DNA from: a virus | Lineage: Duplodnaviria > Heunggongvirae > Uroviricota > Caudoviricetes | Virus record (IMG/VR): IMGVR_UViG_2541047817_000001 | Location: 1 to 42,069 of that record | Reading direction: 5' to 3' (one strand) | DNA: 42,069 nucleotides | In this document: in pieces, positions 16,640 to 26,552 of the stretch | How the letters are laid out: every line of letters begins with the position of its first letter | Position numbering within the stretch: the first letter of the stretch is position 1 | Notes under the pieces: generated by a model | Told to the model about the DNA's origin: nothing | The model's input: only the letters and a program-made list of their open reading frames with translations | Databases searched by the model: none | Made by a program: the position numbers and the translations under genes

Positions 16640-17248
16640 AAGAGGCAGATTGATCGTGTTTTCGAAGTGTTATACCACGCCCGTTCTGTTAATTTGGCAA
16701 AATCTGTTCTGATGCAATGAGTATCGAAAGATTTATTGGACTGGTTGCTTTGGTTATCACTGTTATCGCTGGAGTTGTTGGCCTAGGGCGTATCCGTGGC
16801 ACTAGTAAAAGAAGAGGTTAAAACTGCTCTGTTATACACTGAAGTTAACGCAGCGGCTAAGCACTCAGCAGCAGGACACCGTGTAGAGGCAACGGAAGAG
16901 GCCAGAAATATACAGCAGACTATTAACCATATTCCTGGTGACTCTGTTGAGCGCGGTATGCATAAGAAATACAAACGTACAATTTGAAGTGGTATATTTT
17001 TCTTGTTAGTAGATGAATATAATATACCACACAGAATACGATATAATTATTGCTCATGCTTACCTAAATATGAAAAACAATAAAGTTATAAGTAGACAAG
17101 TGTTTTGTTACTTTTAATAATTGATGTGATGTATATATTAAGATTGAAAAATTTAATCATTCTTTCCACATATAAATTAAGTGGTTCCCTTAGCTTGTCA
17201 TTTTTGATGATAAGTGAGAGAATATGAACATTATATGATGGAGATAAT

Positions 17249-17560
17249 ATGTCAAACATAAAAATCAAACAAGCTATTGAAAAGATTGCGGAGTTCAGAG
17301 CAGCATCTGCTGCGATGGCTGATGCTCACATGGTTCTTATTACAGAGCTATTGAACTCAATTGAGGATATCCGCAAAAACTCTGGTGATAATCTCTCTGA
17401 GTTTGAAAAAGGACAGGTTGCTCTCTACATAAAAATTAGCCCAGTTGTGAAAAATGGAATTTCGAGTATTGAAAAATATAATGAGTCTTTAAGTTCAGAC
17501 TATGTTGAGGCTATGAACTCCTTATCTAAAATTGCGGGAGGGAATTCAAATGTCGATTGA
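17249..17560 (+). CDS. Hypothetical soluble helical protein (103 aa); gene 1 of the AT-rich three-gene cassette
   Basis: ATG at 17249 preceded by GGAG. Visibly AT-rich. No recognisable motif. Confidence 0.55.
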   Translation: MSNIKIKQAIEKIAEFRAASAAMADAHMVLITELLNSIEDIRKNSGDNLSEFEKGQVALYIKISPVVKNGISSIEKYNESLSSDYVEAMNSLSKIAGGNSNVD

Positions 17561-17936
17561 AGATGTTGGAAGCATCCTTGATAGATTAAAAGTAGCCAGG
17601 ATCGAAAATAAAAAAATTGAAGAGTCAGCTGGAAAAGCAGAGGAAAATGCTGTTAACTCTAAGCATACTGATGGTAAAACACGAAGCGCCTTAACTATTA
17701 CGTTTCTCTGGTTCTTTTTTTGCCTTCTTATTTTTAGCTGTCTTTTTGTTCTTTGGTATAATAATTCTGTTGTGAATTGGGCTTTAGAGTTAAAGAGCAA
17801 AGGTGTTGATGATTACGTTCAATATTTAAAGCCACTCGAGCTGGAAAAGGTATTGTCAATAATGATTACTGCCCTTGGTACTTCATTAGGATTTATAATT
17901 GGGTATTATTTTAAGGATAAAGAAAATCATTCTTAA
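17550..17936 (+). CDS. Small membrane protein (128 aa, 2 TM); gene 2 of the AT-rich three-gene cassette
   Basis: ATG at 17550 preceded by GGGAGGG; overlaps the end of gene 1, suggesting translational coupling. TM segments ALTITFLWFFFCLLIFSCLFVLWY and VLSIMITALGTSLGFIIGYYF. Confidence 0.55.
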   Translation: MSIEDVGSILDRLKVARIENKKIEESAGKAEENAVNSKHTDGKTRSALTITFLWFFFCLLIFSCLFVLWYNNSVVNWALELKSKGVDDYVQYLKPLELEKVLSIMITALGTSLGFIIGYYFKDKENHS

Positions 17937-17981
17937 TATAGAGTTATCTCTAAAGATAACGAATTTTAATAGGAGGGCAGA

Positions 17982-18284
17982 ATGTCTGAACTGAATTATG
18001 AAGCAATAGGTCGCTGCAAAATCCTTAATGAAAAGATCAAAGATCTTCATGCTGAACGAATGAAAGCTATTGGTGATTTACGTACTGCTGTCTATGCCCT
18101 TCATCAGAAAGGGAATGTAAACCTCATCCCACCAGAAATTGTTGAATTCAACCCCCAATCGCTTACATCCCTTGTAGAGAAGGTTGGTCACTATGATGGT
18201 GAGCTGATGCGAGCTGTACATGAGTACAACAACTGGTGTGTAGAAGCAGGCGAGAAACCCGTAAAACTTATAAAGCTAGACTGA
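17982..18284 (+). CDS. Hypothetical protein (100 aa); gene 3 of the AT-rich three-gene cassette
   Basis: ATG at 17982 preceded by AGGAGGG. Visibly AT-rich. No recognisable motif. Confidence 0.55.
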   Translation: MSELNYEAIGRCKILNEKIKDLHAERMKAIGDLRTAVYALHQKGNVNLIPPEIVEFNPQSLTSLVEKVGHYDGELMRAVHEYNNWCVEAGEKPVKLIKLD

Positions 18285-18309
18285 AACAACAAATTTATGC
18301 AAATCATTA

Positions 18310-18335
18310 GCCTCGCACATGCGGGGCTTTTTTAT
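18310..18335 (+). terminator. Rho-independent terminator after the three-gene cassette
   Basis: GCCTCGC-ACAT-GCGGGGC stem-loop followed by TTTTTT. Confidence 0.5.
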
Positions 18336-18369
18336 GCGCACCACACATGCACATCAAAGAGAGTCTTCA

Positions 18370-18720
18370 ATGCCGCCACGAATCCCAAAAGCCTGCCGTG
18401 TTCGCGGTTGCCGCCATACCACGACTGACCCGTCAGGCTACTGCGAAAGCCACAAAAGCGAAGGCTGGAAGCAATACAAACCTAGACAATCCCGTCATCA
18501 GCGCGGCTACGGTTCGAAGTGGGACAGTATCCGCGCGCGTGTCCTGAAGCGTGACAAAGGCCTGTGTCAGTTATGTCTGCGTGCCGGTGTGGTGCGTGAG
18601 GCGAAAGCCGTTGACCACATCATCCCTAAAGCGCATGGCGGCACTGATGCCGACTGTAATCTGCAGAGTCTGTGCTGGTCGTGTCATAAGGCGAAGACGG
18701 CCCGTGAACGGCTGAAGTGA
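18370..18720 (+). CDS. HNH endonuclease (packaging-associated)
   Basis: Cys/His HNH signature (CQLCLRAGVVREAKAVDHIIPKAHGG...NLQSLCWSCHKAK), immediately upstream of the small terminase gene. Start chosen at the ATG at 18370 (MPPRIPK). Confidence 0.8.
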   Translation: MPPRIPKACRVRGCRHTTTDPSGYCESHKSEGWKQYKPRQSRHQRGYGSKWDSIRARVLKRDKGLCQLCLRAGVVREAKAVDHIIPKAHGGTDADCNLQSLCWSCHKAKTARERLK

Positions 18721-18845
18721 TAATAATTCTCAACTGTCTGAGGGGAGGGGCGGGTCAAATCCCTGTGACCTGACGTCTTCCGGACTGCCCGCCCCATCGT
18801 TTTTTTATACCCGCGAAAAATGAAATTTAACCAGGAGTGCCGCAT

Positions 18846-19340
18846 ATGGCTGGAACGGCGGGGCGTTCCGGGCGTCGCCCCAAGCCAACGGCGCGCAAGG
18901 CGCTGGCCGGAAACCCCGGCAAGCGAGCCCTGAATAAAGATGAACCTGTTTTTACGCCCATCAAAGGTGTTGAGCCACCGGAGTGGTTCGCTGAAGAAGA
19001 TCTCCCTCTCGCTACGATCATGTGGCAACTGACAACTAAAGAACTCTGCGGTCAGGGCCTGCTGTGCGTGACTGACCTCGCGGTGCTTGAGCGGTGGTGT
19101 GTGGCCTACGAGTTCTGGCGACGTGCCGTGAAAAATATTGCCAGACAGGGCAACACCATCACCGGTGCAATGGGCGGCAGGGTCAAAAATCCGGAGCTGA
19201 CCGCCAAAAAAGAACAGGAGTCCGAGATGAGCAGTACGGGGGCAATGCTCGGACTCGACCCCAGCAGCCGCCAGCGTCTGATTGGCCTGGCGGGGAAGAA
19301 GAAAGCCACTAACCCGTTTCTGAAAATCATCGAATCATGA
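18846..19340 (+). CDS. Terminase small subunit
   Basis: ATG at 18846 preceded by GGAG. Basic N-terminus ([27 protein letters not shown]), directly upstream of and overlapping the large terminase gene (ATGA). Confidence 0.75.
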   Translation: MAGTAGRSGRRPKPTARKALAGNPGKRALNKDEPVFTPIKGVEPPEWFAEEDLPLATIMWQLTTKELCGQGLLCVTDLAVLERWCVAYEFWRRAVKNIARQGNTITGAMGGRVKNPELTAKKEQESEMSSTGAMLGLDPSSRQRLIGLAGKKKATNPFLKIIES

Positions 19341-21070
19341 GCCGGAAATCTTACCCCAACGTAAATGCTGCCAATCAGTATGCCCGGGATGTCGTGCGCG
19401 GAAAGATTGTGGCCTGCCAGTTTGTGATTCAGGCCTGCCAGCGCCATCTTGATGACCTGATGGCGGAAAAAAGTAAGTCGTTTCGTTACCGCTTCGACAA
19501 GGACCTGGCTGAACGGGCCGCCAAATTTATTCAGCTGTTGCCGCACACCAAGGGTGAGTGGGCATTCAAGAGGATGCCCATCACGCTGGAGCCGTGGCAG
19601 CTCTTTGTGATCTGCTGCGCGTTTGGCTGGGTCAATAAAGGCTCCCGGCTGCGCCGCTTCCGTGAGGTGTATACCGAAATCCCCCGTAAGAACGGCAAAT
19701 CGGCAATCTCTGCCGGTGTCGCCCTGTATTGTTTTGCCTGTGATAACGAGTTCGGCGCGGAAGTGTATTCCGGTGCCACGACGGAGAAACAGGCATGGGA
19801 AGTCTTTCGTCCGGCAAGACTGATGTGTAAACGCACACCCATGCTGACGGAAGCGTTCGGGATTGAGGTTAACGCCTCAAACATGAACCGTCCGGAGGAT
19901 GGTGCGCGTTTTGAACCGCTGATCGGTAACCCCGGTGATGGTTCATCACCCCACTGTGCGGTGGTGGATGAATATCACGAGCACGCCACAGATGCGCTTT
20001 ACACCACGATGCTTACCGGGATGGGGGCGCGACGTCAGCCACTGATGTGGGCTATCACTACCGCCGGGTACAACATTGAGGGGCCGTGCTACGACAAACG
20101 GCGGGAAGTCATCGAGATGCTCAACGGCTCGGTGCCTAACGATGAACTGTTCGGGATCATCTATACCGTTGATGAAGGTGACGACTGGACCGACCCGCAG
20201 GTGCTGGAAAAAGCCAATCCAAATATTGGCGTGTCGGTTTATCGCGAATTTTTGTTAAGTCAGCAGCAGCGTGCGAAAAATAACGCCCGTCTGGCAAACG
20301 TCTTTAAAACAAAACACCTCAATATCTGGGTGTCGGCGCGTTCGGCGTATTTCAACCTGGTGAGCTGGCAGAGCTGCGAGGATAAATCACTGACCCTTGA
20401 GCAGTTCGAGGGGCAGCCGTGCATTCTGGCCTTTGACCTGGCGCGTAAGCTGGATATGAACAGCATGGCGCGACTTTATACCCGTGAGATTGACGGTAAA
20501 ACGCATTACTACAGTGTGGCCCCGCGTTTCTGGGTACCGTATGACACGGTGTACAGCGTCGAGAAAAATGAAGATCGACGGACAGCCGAACGCTTTCAGA
20601 AATGGGTGGAAATGGGCGTTCTGACCGTTACCGATGGTGCGGAGGTGGATTATCGCTACATCCTCGAGGAGGCCAAAGCGGCGAACAAAATCAGCCCGGT
20701 CAGTGAGTCACCCATCGACCCCTTCGGGGCGACCGGGTTGTCACATGACCTTGCTGATGAAGACCTGAACCCCATCACTATCATTCAGAACTACACCAAC
20801 ATGTCCGACCCGATGAAAGAGCTGGAAGCGGCAATTGAATCGGGGCGCTTTCATCATGATGGCAATCCCATCATGACCTGGTGTATCGGCAACGTGGTCG
20901 GCAAAACCATTCCGGGTAACGATGATGTGGTGAAGCCCGTCAAAGAGCAGGCGGAAAACAAAATCGATGGTGCAGTTGCGCTGATTATGGCAGTTGGCAG
21001 AGCCATGCTGTACGAGAAAGAAGACACGCTGTCTGACCACATTGAGTCCTATGGGATCCGCTCGCTTTAA
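19337..21070 (+). CDS. Terminase large subunit (577 aa)
   Basis: Size, position and ATPase/nuclease-type architecture; a Walker-A-like motif (PRKNGKS) near residue 110. Confidence 0.9.
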
Positions 21071-21081
21071 CTGAGGTAATT

Positions 21082-21264
21082 ATGATCATGCTGATTCTCG
21101 CGCCTCTGGTGGGCGTGCTGGGGGCGCTTTTGCTGGCGTATGGTGCCTGGCTGATTTATCCCCCGGCGGGGTTTGTTGTTGCCGGGGCGTTGTGCCTGTT
21201 CTGGTCGTGGCTGGTGGCGCGATATCTCGACCGTACACAGTCGTCTGTCGGCGGAGGTAAATAG
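21082..21264 (+). CDS. Small hydrophobic protein (60 aa, 2 TM) between terminase and portal
   Basis: [52 protein letters not shown], tightly packed between terL and the portal gene. Confidence 0.4.
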
Positions 21265-22505
21265 TGTTCTTTTCGGGATTATTTCAACGAAAAAGTGACG
21301 CACCGGTGACCACGCCAGCAGAGCTGGCGGATGCTATCGGGTTGTCCTACGACACCTATACCGGAAAGCAGATCAGCAGCCAGCGGGCCATGCGACTGAC
21401 GGCGGTTTTTTCCTGTGTCAGGGTGCTGGCGGAGTCGGTCGGGATGTTGCCCTGCAACCTGTATCACCTGAACGGCAGCCTGAAGCAGAGAGCCACTGGC
21501 GAACGTCTGCATAAGCTGATCTCCACGCATCCCAATGGCTATATGACGCCGCAGGAGTTCTGGGAGCTGGTGGTCACCTGTCTGTGCCTGCGGGGAAACT
21601 TTTACGCCTACAAAGTGAAAGCATTTGGCGAAGTGGCTGAACTGCTGCCCGTCGATCCCGGCTGTGTGGTACCGAAGCTTAACAGTAGCTGGGAGCCGGT
21701 CTATCAGGTCACATTCCCGGATGGCTCCACGGATGTACTGAGCCAGGAGGATATCTGGCATGTGCGCACGCTGACGCTGGACGGACTGGTGGGGCTGAAT
21801 CCCGTCGCCTATGCCCGCGAGGCAATATCGCTGGCGGCAGCGACCGAAGAGCACGGGGCCAGACTGTTCAGCAATGGCGCGGTGACGTCGGGTGTGTTGC
21901 GTACAGAGCAGACGCTGTCAGATCAGGCTTATGAGCGCCTGAAGAAAGATTTTGAGGAGCGTCACACCGGGCTTGGCAATGCTCACCGCCCGATGATCCT
22001 TGAGATGGGGCTGGACTGGAAGTCGATGGCGCTGAACGCCGAGGACAGCCAGTTCCTGGAAACCCGCAAGTTTCAGCTTGAAGAAATCTGTCGTCTGTTC
22101 CGGGTGCCGTTGCACATGGTGCAGAACACCGATCGCGCCACCTTCAACAATATCGAAGAGCTGGGGCTGGGATTTATCAACTATTCACTGGTGCCGTATC
22201 TGACCCGCATCGAACAGCGGATCAACACCGGACTGGTACGAAAAAGTAAGCAGGGCGTTTATTACGCCAAATTTAACGCCGGGGCGTTACTGCGTGGAGA
22301 TATGAAGTCCCGTTTTGAAGCCTACGCCACCGGGATCAACTGGGGAATTTACTCTCCCAATGACTGCCGCGACCTGGAAGATATGAATCCACGACCCGGT
22401 GGTGATGTCTATCTCACACCGATGAACATGACCACGAAACCCTCCGATGGCAGTAAAGCCGGTAAGCAGAAGGATAACGCCAATGCAGACGAAACAACGT
22501 CTTGA
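21264..22505 (+). CDS. Portal protein (HK97-like family)
   Basis: 413-aa ORF directly downstream of the terminase; GTG start preceded by GGAGG. Confidence 0.85.
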   Translation: MFFSGLFQRKSDAPVTTPAELADAIGLSYDTYTGKQISSQRAMRLTAVFSCVRVLAESVGMLPCNLYHLNGSLKQRATGERLHKLISTHPNGYMTPQEFWELVVTCLCLRGNFYAYKVKAFGEVAELLPVDPGCVVPKLNSSWEPVYQVTFPDGSTDVLSQEDIWHVRTLTLDGLVGLNPVAYAREAISLAAATEEHGARLFSNGAVTSGVLRTEQTLSDQAYERLKKDFEERHTGLGNAHRPMILEMGLDWKSMALNAEDSQFLETRKFQLEEICRLFRVPLHMVQNTDRATFNNIEELGLGFINYSLVPYLTRIEQRINTGLVRKSKQGVYYAKFNAGALLRGDMKSRFEAYATGINWGIYSPNDCRDLEDMNPRPGGDVYLTPMNMTTKPSDGSKAGKQKDNANADETTS

Positions 22506-23133
22506 TGTACCGCTGAGTCTGAAATCTGTCAGTGACTCCGGTGAGTTTGAAGGGTATGGCTCCGTCTTTGGTGTAAAGGACAGCCACGATGATGTGGTGA
22601 TGTCCGGGGCATTTGCTGCTTCCCTGCGGGCGTGGAGTGACAGAAAAGCGTTACCTGCGCTGCTCTGGCAGCACCGCATGGATGAACCCATCGGTGTTTA
22701 CACTGAAATGAAGGAAGACGATGTCGGGCTTTACGTCAGGGGACGGTTGCTTATTGATGATGATCCCCTCGCAAAACGCGCACATGCACACATGAAGGCC
22801 GGTTCGTTAACCGGCCTTTCTATTGGGTACGTCCTGAAAGACTGGGAATACGACCGGAGCAAAGAAGCCTTTCTGCTGAAAGAAATCGACCTCTGGGAAG
22901 TCAGCCTGGTGACGTTCCCGTCTAACGACGAGGCGCGGATCAGCGACGTCAAGAACGCACTGGCCCGCGGGGAAATCCCCGAACAGAAAAAAATCGAAAG
23001 AGTCCTGCGTGATGTCGGACTCTCCCGTACCCAGGCCAAAGCATTCATGGCCGGGGGCTATGGCGCACTGTCCCTGCGCGACGCTGAGGATGTGGGCTCT
23101 GCACTGAATGCACTGAAAAATCTGAACTTCTAA
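22483..23133 (+). CDS. Prohead maturation protease (HK97-like)
   Basis: Sits between the portal and major capsid genes; start chosen at the ATG at 22483 (MQTKQRLDVPLSLKSV...). Confidence 0.8.
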   Translation: MQTKQRLDVPLSLKSVSDSGEFEGYGSVFGVKDSHDDVVMSGAFAASLRAWSDRKALPALLWQHRMDEPIGVYTEMKEDDVGLYVRGRLLIDDDPLAKRAHAHMKAGSLTGLSIGYVLKDWEYDRSKEAFLLKEIDLWEVSLVTFPSNDEARISDVKNALARGEIPEQKKIERVLRDVGLSRTQAKAFMAGGYGALSLRDAEDVGSALNALKNLNF

Positions 23134-23147
23134 TCAGGAGAAATACG

Positions 23148-24353
23148 ATGGCGGTTGATATTAAAGATGTCGAACAGGTCGCGCAGGAGCTGCAGCAGAA
23201 GTTTGACGACTTCAAAGCAAAGAACGACAAGCGCGTGGATGCGATTGAGCAGGAAAAAGGCAAGCTTGCCGGGCAGGTGGAAACCCTGAACGGGAAACTC
23301 AGCGAGCTGGAAAACCTCAAAAGCGATCTTGAAAAAGAGCTGCTTGAGCTGAAACGTCCGGCAGGTGGTGCGCAAAATAAACTGGCCACCGAGCATAAAG
23401 AAGCGTTTGTGGGCTTCCTGCGTAAAGGCCGTGAAGATGGTCTGCGCGATCTGGAGCGCAAGGCATTACAGGTGGGCACCGATGAAGACGGCGGCTATGC
23501 CGTGCCGGAAGCACTGGATCGCAACATTCTCACCCTGCTGAAAGATGAAGTGGTGATGCGCCAGGAAGCCACGGTGATCACCGTTGGTGGTTCCGAATAC
23601 AAAAAACTGGTGAATCTGGGCGGCACGGATTCCGGATGGGTTGGCGAGACTGACGCGCGCTCCCAGACTGCCACCTCAAAACTGGGCCTGATTGAACCTT
23701 TCATGGGGGAAATCTACGGTAACCCGCAGGCCACCCAGAAAATGCTGGATGATGCCTTTTTCAACGTGGAAGCATGGATCAACAGCGAGCTGGCAACCGA
23801 ATTTGCCGAACAGGAAGAAATTGCCTTTACCACCGGCGATGGTACCAAGAAGCCGAAAGGGTTCCTGGCGTATGAATCCACGGATGAAACCGATAAGGTC
23901 CGGGCGTTCGGCAAACTTCAGCATATTGTATCCGGCGACGCGACGGCGGTGACCGCAGACGCCATTATCAAACTGATTTACACGCTGCGTAAGGCACACC
24001 GCACAGGCGCGAAGTTCATGATGAACAACAACAGCCTGTTTGCCATCCGTCTGCTGAAAGACAGCGAGGGTAACTATCTGTGGCGTCCGGGGCTGGAGCT
24101 GGGGCAGCCGTCCTCTCTGGCGGGTTACGGTATCGCTGAAAACGAACAGATGCCGGATATCGCCGCTGATGCGAAAGCCATTGCATTTGGTAACTTCAAA
24201 CGGGGTTACACCATCGTTGACCGTATCGGCACCCGCATTCTGCGTGACCCGTACACCAATAAACCGTTTGTCGGTTTTTATACCACCAAACGCACCGGCG
24301 GCATGCTGGTCGATTCGCAGGCCATCAAACTGCTGAAGATTGCAGTGGCGTAA
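23148..24353 (+). CDS. Major capsid protein (HK97 fold)
   Basis: 401-aa ORF with a coiled-coil N-terminal delta domain (MAVDIKDVEQVAQELQQKFDDFKAKNDKRVDAIEQEKGKLAGQVETLN) and a capsid body. GAGAAATACG ribosome-binding context. Confidence 0.9.
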   Translation: MAVDIKDVEQVAQELQQKFDDFKAKNDKRVDAIEQEKGKLAGQVETLNGKLSELENLKSDLEKELLELKRPAGGAQNKLATEHKEAFVGFLRKGREDGLRDLERKALQVGTDEDGGYAVPEALDRNILTLLKDEVVMRQEATVITVGGSEYKKLVNLGGTDSGWVGETDARSQTATSKLGLIEPFMGEIYGNPQATQKMLDDAFFNVEAWINSELATEFAEQEEIAFTTGDGTKKPKGFLAYESTDETDKVRAFGKLQHIVSGDATAVTADAIIKLIYTLRKAHRTGAKFMMNNNSLFAIRLLKDSEGNYLWRPGLELGQPSSLAGYGIAENEQMPDIAADAKAIAFGNFKRGYTIVDRIGTRILRDPYTNKPFVGFYTTKRTGGMLVDSQAIKLLKIAVA

Positions 24354-24360
24354 TCACTCA

Positions 24361-24380
24361 GGGGCGCGGAACCGCGCCCC
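24361..24380 (+). terminator. Strong GC hairpin immediately after the capsid gene (partial terminator or RNA stabiliser)
   Basis: GGGGCGCGG-AA-CCGCGCCCC, a perfect 9-bp stem. No following T-tract. Confidence 0.35.
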
Positions 24381-24401
24381 TGTTCTGACGGGTGAAGAAT
24401 C

Positions 24402-24602
24402 ATGATCCTGAAACAAGATCTGAAATGGTCACCGGACGGTATGCGTGTTGAGGTCATTCGGGCCGGTGAGTATGACGACGGGGCGCTTCCTGCCCGGGTG
24501 CAGGAGATTGCACTTCAGGCCGGGTTAGCAGAGCGCGGAACCAGTGCAAAAAGCAGTAAAGCGACAAAAGAGAAAAAAGCCACGACCAGTAAAGAGGGCT
24601 GA
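24402..24602 (+). CDS. Hypothetical head-module protein (66 aa)
   Basis: ORF-track ORF between the capsid and connector genes; Lys/Ser-rich C-terminus. Confidence 0.4.
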   Translation: MILKQDLKWSPDGMRVEVIRAGEYDDGALPARVQEIALQAGLAERGTSAKSSKATKEKKATTSKEG

Positions 24603-24604
24603 GT

Positions 24605-24928
24605 ATGCTTCTGACAATGGAAGAGATTAAAGCCCAACTCCGGCTGGATGAGGATTTCGATGCTGATGACCGCCATCTGCAACTGCTGGCCTGTGCGGCA
24701 CAAAAGCGGACGGAAACGTATCTGAACCGGAAGCTCTATGCACCGGATGAAACCATTCCGGACAGCGATCCGGACGGGCTGCACCTGCCGGATGATATTC
24801 GTCTGGGGATGCTGATGCTTATCAGCCATTTTTACGAAAACCGCTCGTCGGTTACGGAAGTGGAGAAACTCGACATGCCGCAGAGTTTTGGCTGGCTTGT
24901 CGGCCCGTACAGGTACTTTCCGCAATGA
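24605..24928 (+). CDS. Head-tail connector protein (gp6-like)
   Basis: 107-aa ORF beginning MLLTMEEIKAQLRLDEDFDADDRHLQLL, in the conserved position after the capsid gene. Confidence 0.65.
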   Translation: MLLTMEEIKAQLRLDEDFDADDRHLQLLACAAQKRTETYLNRKLYAPDETIPDSDPDGLHLPDDIRLGMLMLISHFYENRSSVTEVEKLDMPQSFGWLVGPYRYFPQ

Positions 24929-25335
24929 AAATTCGTCAGGCGCAGACCAGCGCAACCTACATTCTGCCGGACCCCGGTGAACTGAATAAACGCGTCCTGA
25001 TCCGCCAGCGGGTGGATATGCCCGCGGATAACTTTGGCGTGGAGCCTCAATACCCGGTTACGTTCCGGACATGGGCGAAGGTTATCCAGACCAGTGCCAC
25101 CACCTGGCAGGAAACCGCGCAGACCGGGGACGCCATCACCCATTACATCACCATTCGTTACCGCCGGGGGATCACTGCTGATTATGAGGTGGTCTGTGAT
25201 GACAGTGTGTACCGGGTGAAACGTCAGCGTGATCTGAACGGGGCGCGGCGCTTTCTGCTGCTGGAGTGTACGGAGCTGGGCGAATGTAGGCAGAGTCACG
25301 GAGGCAGCAATGGCGACTCCCTTTTTTCACGTTGA
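24925..25335 (+). CDS. Head-tail adaptor / head closure protein
   Basis: Position in the module and size; overlaps its neighbours. Confidence 0.55.
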   Translation: MKIRQAQTSATYILPDPGELNKRVLIRQRVDMPADNFGVEPQYPVTFRTWAKVIQTSATTWQETAQTGDAITHYITIRYRRGITADYEVVCDDSVYRVKRQRDLNGARRFLLLECTELGECRQSHGGSNGDSLFSR

Positions 25336-25816
25336 TGTTCAGCAGCCCGCCGAGATGCGCTTTAACCGCGCCCGTGTCCGGCGGGCGTTTGTCACGATTG
25401 GGCAGCGTCATATGCGTGATGCCCGTCGGCTGGTGATGCGCCGTGCGCGGTCGGCACCGGGTGAAAACCCCGGTTATCAGACCGGACGCCTGGCTCGTTC
25501 GATTGGTTATATGGTGCCGAGAGCCAGTAAAAAGCGAGCCGGTTTTATGACACGCATTGCCCCTAACCAGCGCAACGGGAAGGGGAACCGGATGATCTCT
25601 GGTGACTTCTATCCGGCGTTTCTGTTTTTTGGTGTCCGGGGAGGAGCAAAACGTCGTCGTAGTCATCATCGTGGTGCATCCGGTGGCAGCGGCTGGCGAC
25701 TGGCTCCACGTAATAACTTCATGGTGGAAACTCTTGAAAAGAACCGCAGCTGGACACGCTATTTTCTGGCGCGGGAATTGCGTAAATCACTGAAGCCGGA
25801 GCGACGACACAGATGA
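25310..25816 (+). CDS. HK97 gp10-like neck protein
   Basis: Basic 168-aa protein in the neck-gene position. Confidence 0.5.
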   Translation: MATPFFHVDVQQPAEMRFNRARVRRAFVTIGQRHMRDARRLVMRRARSAPGENPGYQTGRLARSIGYMVPRASKKRAGFMTRIAPNQRNGKGNRMISGDFYPAFLFFGVRGGAKRRRSHHRGASGGSGWRLAPRNNFMVETLEKNRSWTRYFLARELRKSLKPERRHR

Positions 25817-26373
25817 AACTGACACCTGTTATTGCTGCGCTGCGTGCCCGCTGCCCGTATTTTGAAAACCGGGTGGCAGGCGCGGCACAGTTCAAAAATC
25901 TGCCGGAGGTCGGAAAGCTGAGACTCCCGGCGGCGTATGTGGTACCGGGTGATGACTCTCCGGGAGAAAACAAAAGCCAGACCGACTACTGGCAGGAGCT
26001 GAAAGAGGGCTTCTCCGTGGTTGTCATACTGAGTAACGGGCGTGATGAGCGCGGTCAGTTTGCCTCGTATGATGTGGTGGACGATGTCCGGCAGATGCTC
26101 TTTAAGGCCCTGCTGGGCTGGAACCCGGAAGCGTGCGGTAACCCGATTACCTATGACGGCGGCACGCTGCTGGATCTGAATCGTCATGAGCTGATTTATC
26201 AGTTCGATTTTTCGGTCATCAGCGAGCTGACTGAAGACGATACCCGCCAGCAGGATGATCTGAACAGTCTGGATGAACTGCAAACGCTGGCGATTGATGT
26301 CGATTATCTCGATCCCGGTAACGGGCCTGACGGCGATATCGAACATCACACCGAAATAACCCTTCCTTCCTGA
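25813..26373 (+). CDS. Putative tail completion / terminator protein
   Basis: Position immediately upstream of the tail sheath module. Confidence 0.45.
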   Translation: MKLTPVIAALRARCPYFENRVAGAAQFKNLPEVGKLRLPAAYVVPGDDSPGENKSQTDYWQELKEGFSVVVILSNGRDERGQFASYDVVDDVRQMLFKALLGWNPEACGNPITYDGGTLLDLNRHELIYQFDFSVISELTEDDTRQQDDLNSLDELQTLAIDVDYLDPGNGPDGDIEHHTEITLPS

Positions 26374-26381
26374 GGATCCTC

Positions 26382-26552
26382 ATGTTTGTCAAACCTGTTA
26401 AAGGGCGGTCAGTGCCTGACCCTGCCCGCGGCGACCTTTTGCCCGCCGAAGGGCGAAATGTTGACGAGAACAACTACTGGCTGCGCCGTGAAGCAGCGGG
26501 TGATATCCGGCGCGTGAATAAAAAGGTGAACACCGATGACGATAAGCTTTAA
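26382..26552 (+). CDS. Small hypothetical protein (56 aa) upstream of the tail sheath gene
   Basis: ATG at 26382 preceded by GAGGA; translation MFVKPVKGRSVPDPARGDLLPAEGRNVDENNYWLRREAAGDIRRVNKKVNTDDDKL. Below the ORF-track size cut-off; overlaps the sheath start. Confidence 0.35.
   Translation: MFVKPVKGRSVPDPARGDLLPAEGRNVDENNYWLRREAAGDIRRVNKKVNTDDDKL

Noticed and set aside
23045-23479. Ser/Arg-rich 144-aa minus-strand ORF
   Set aside because: It is antisense within the major capsid gene and of low complexity.
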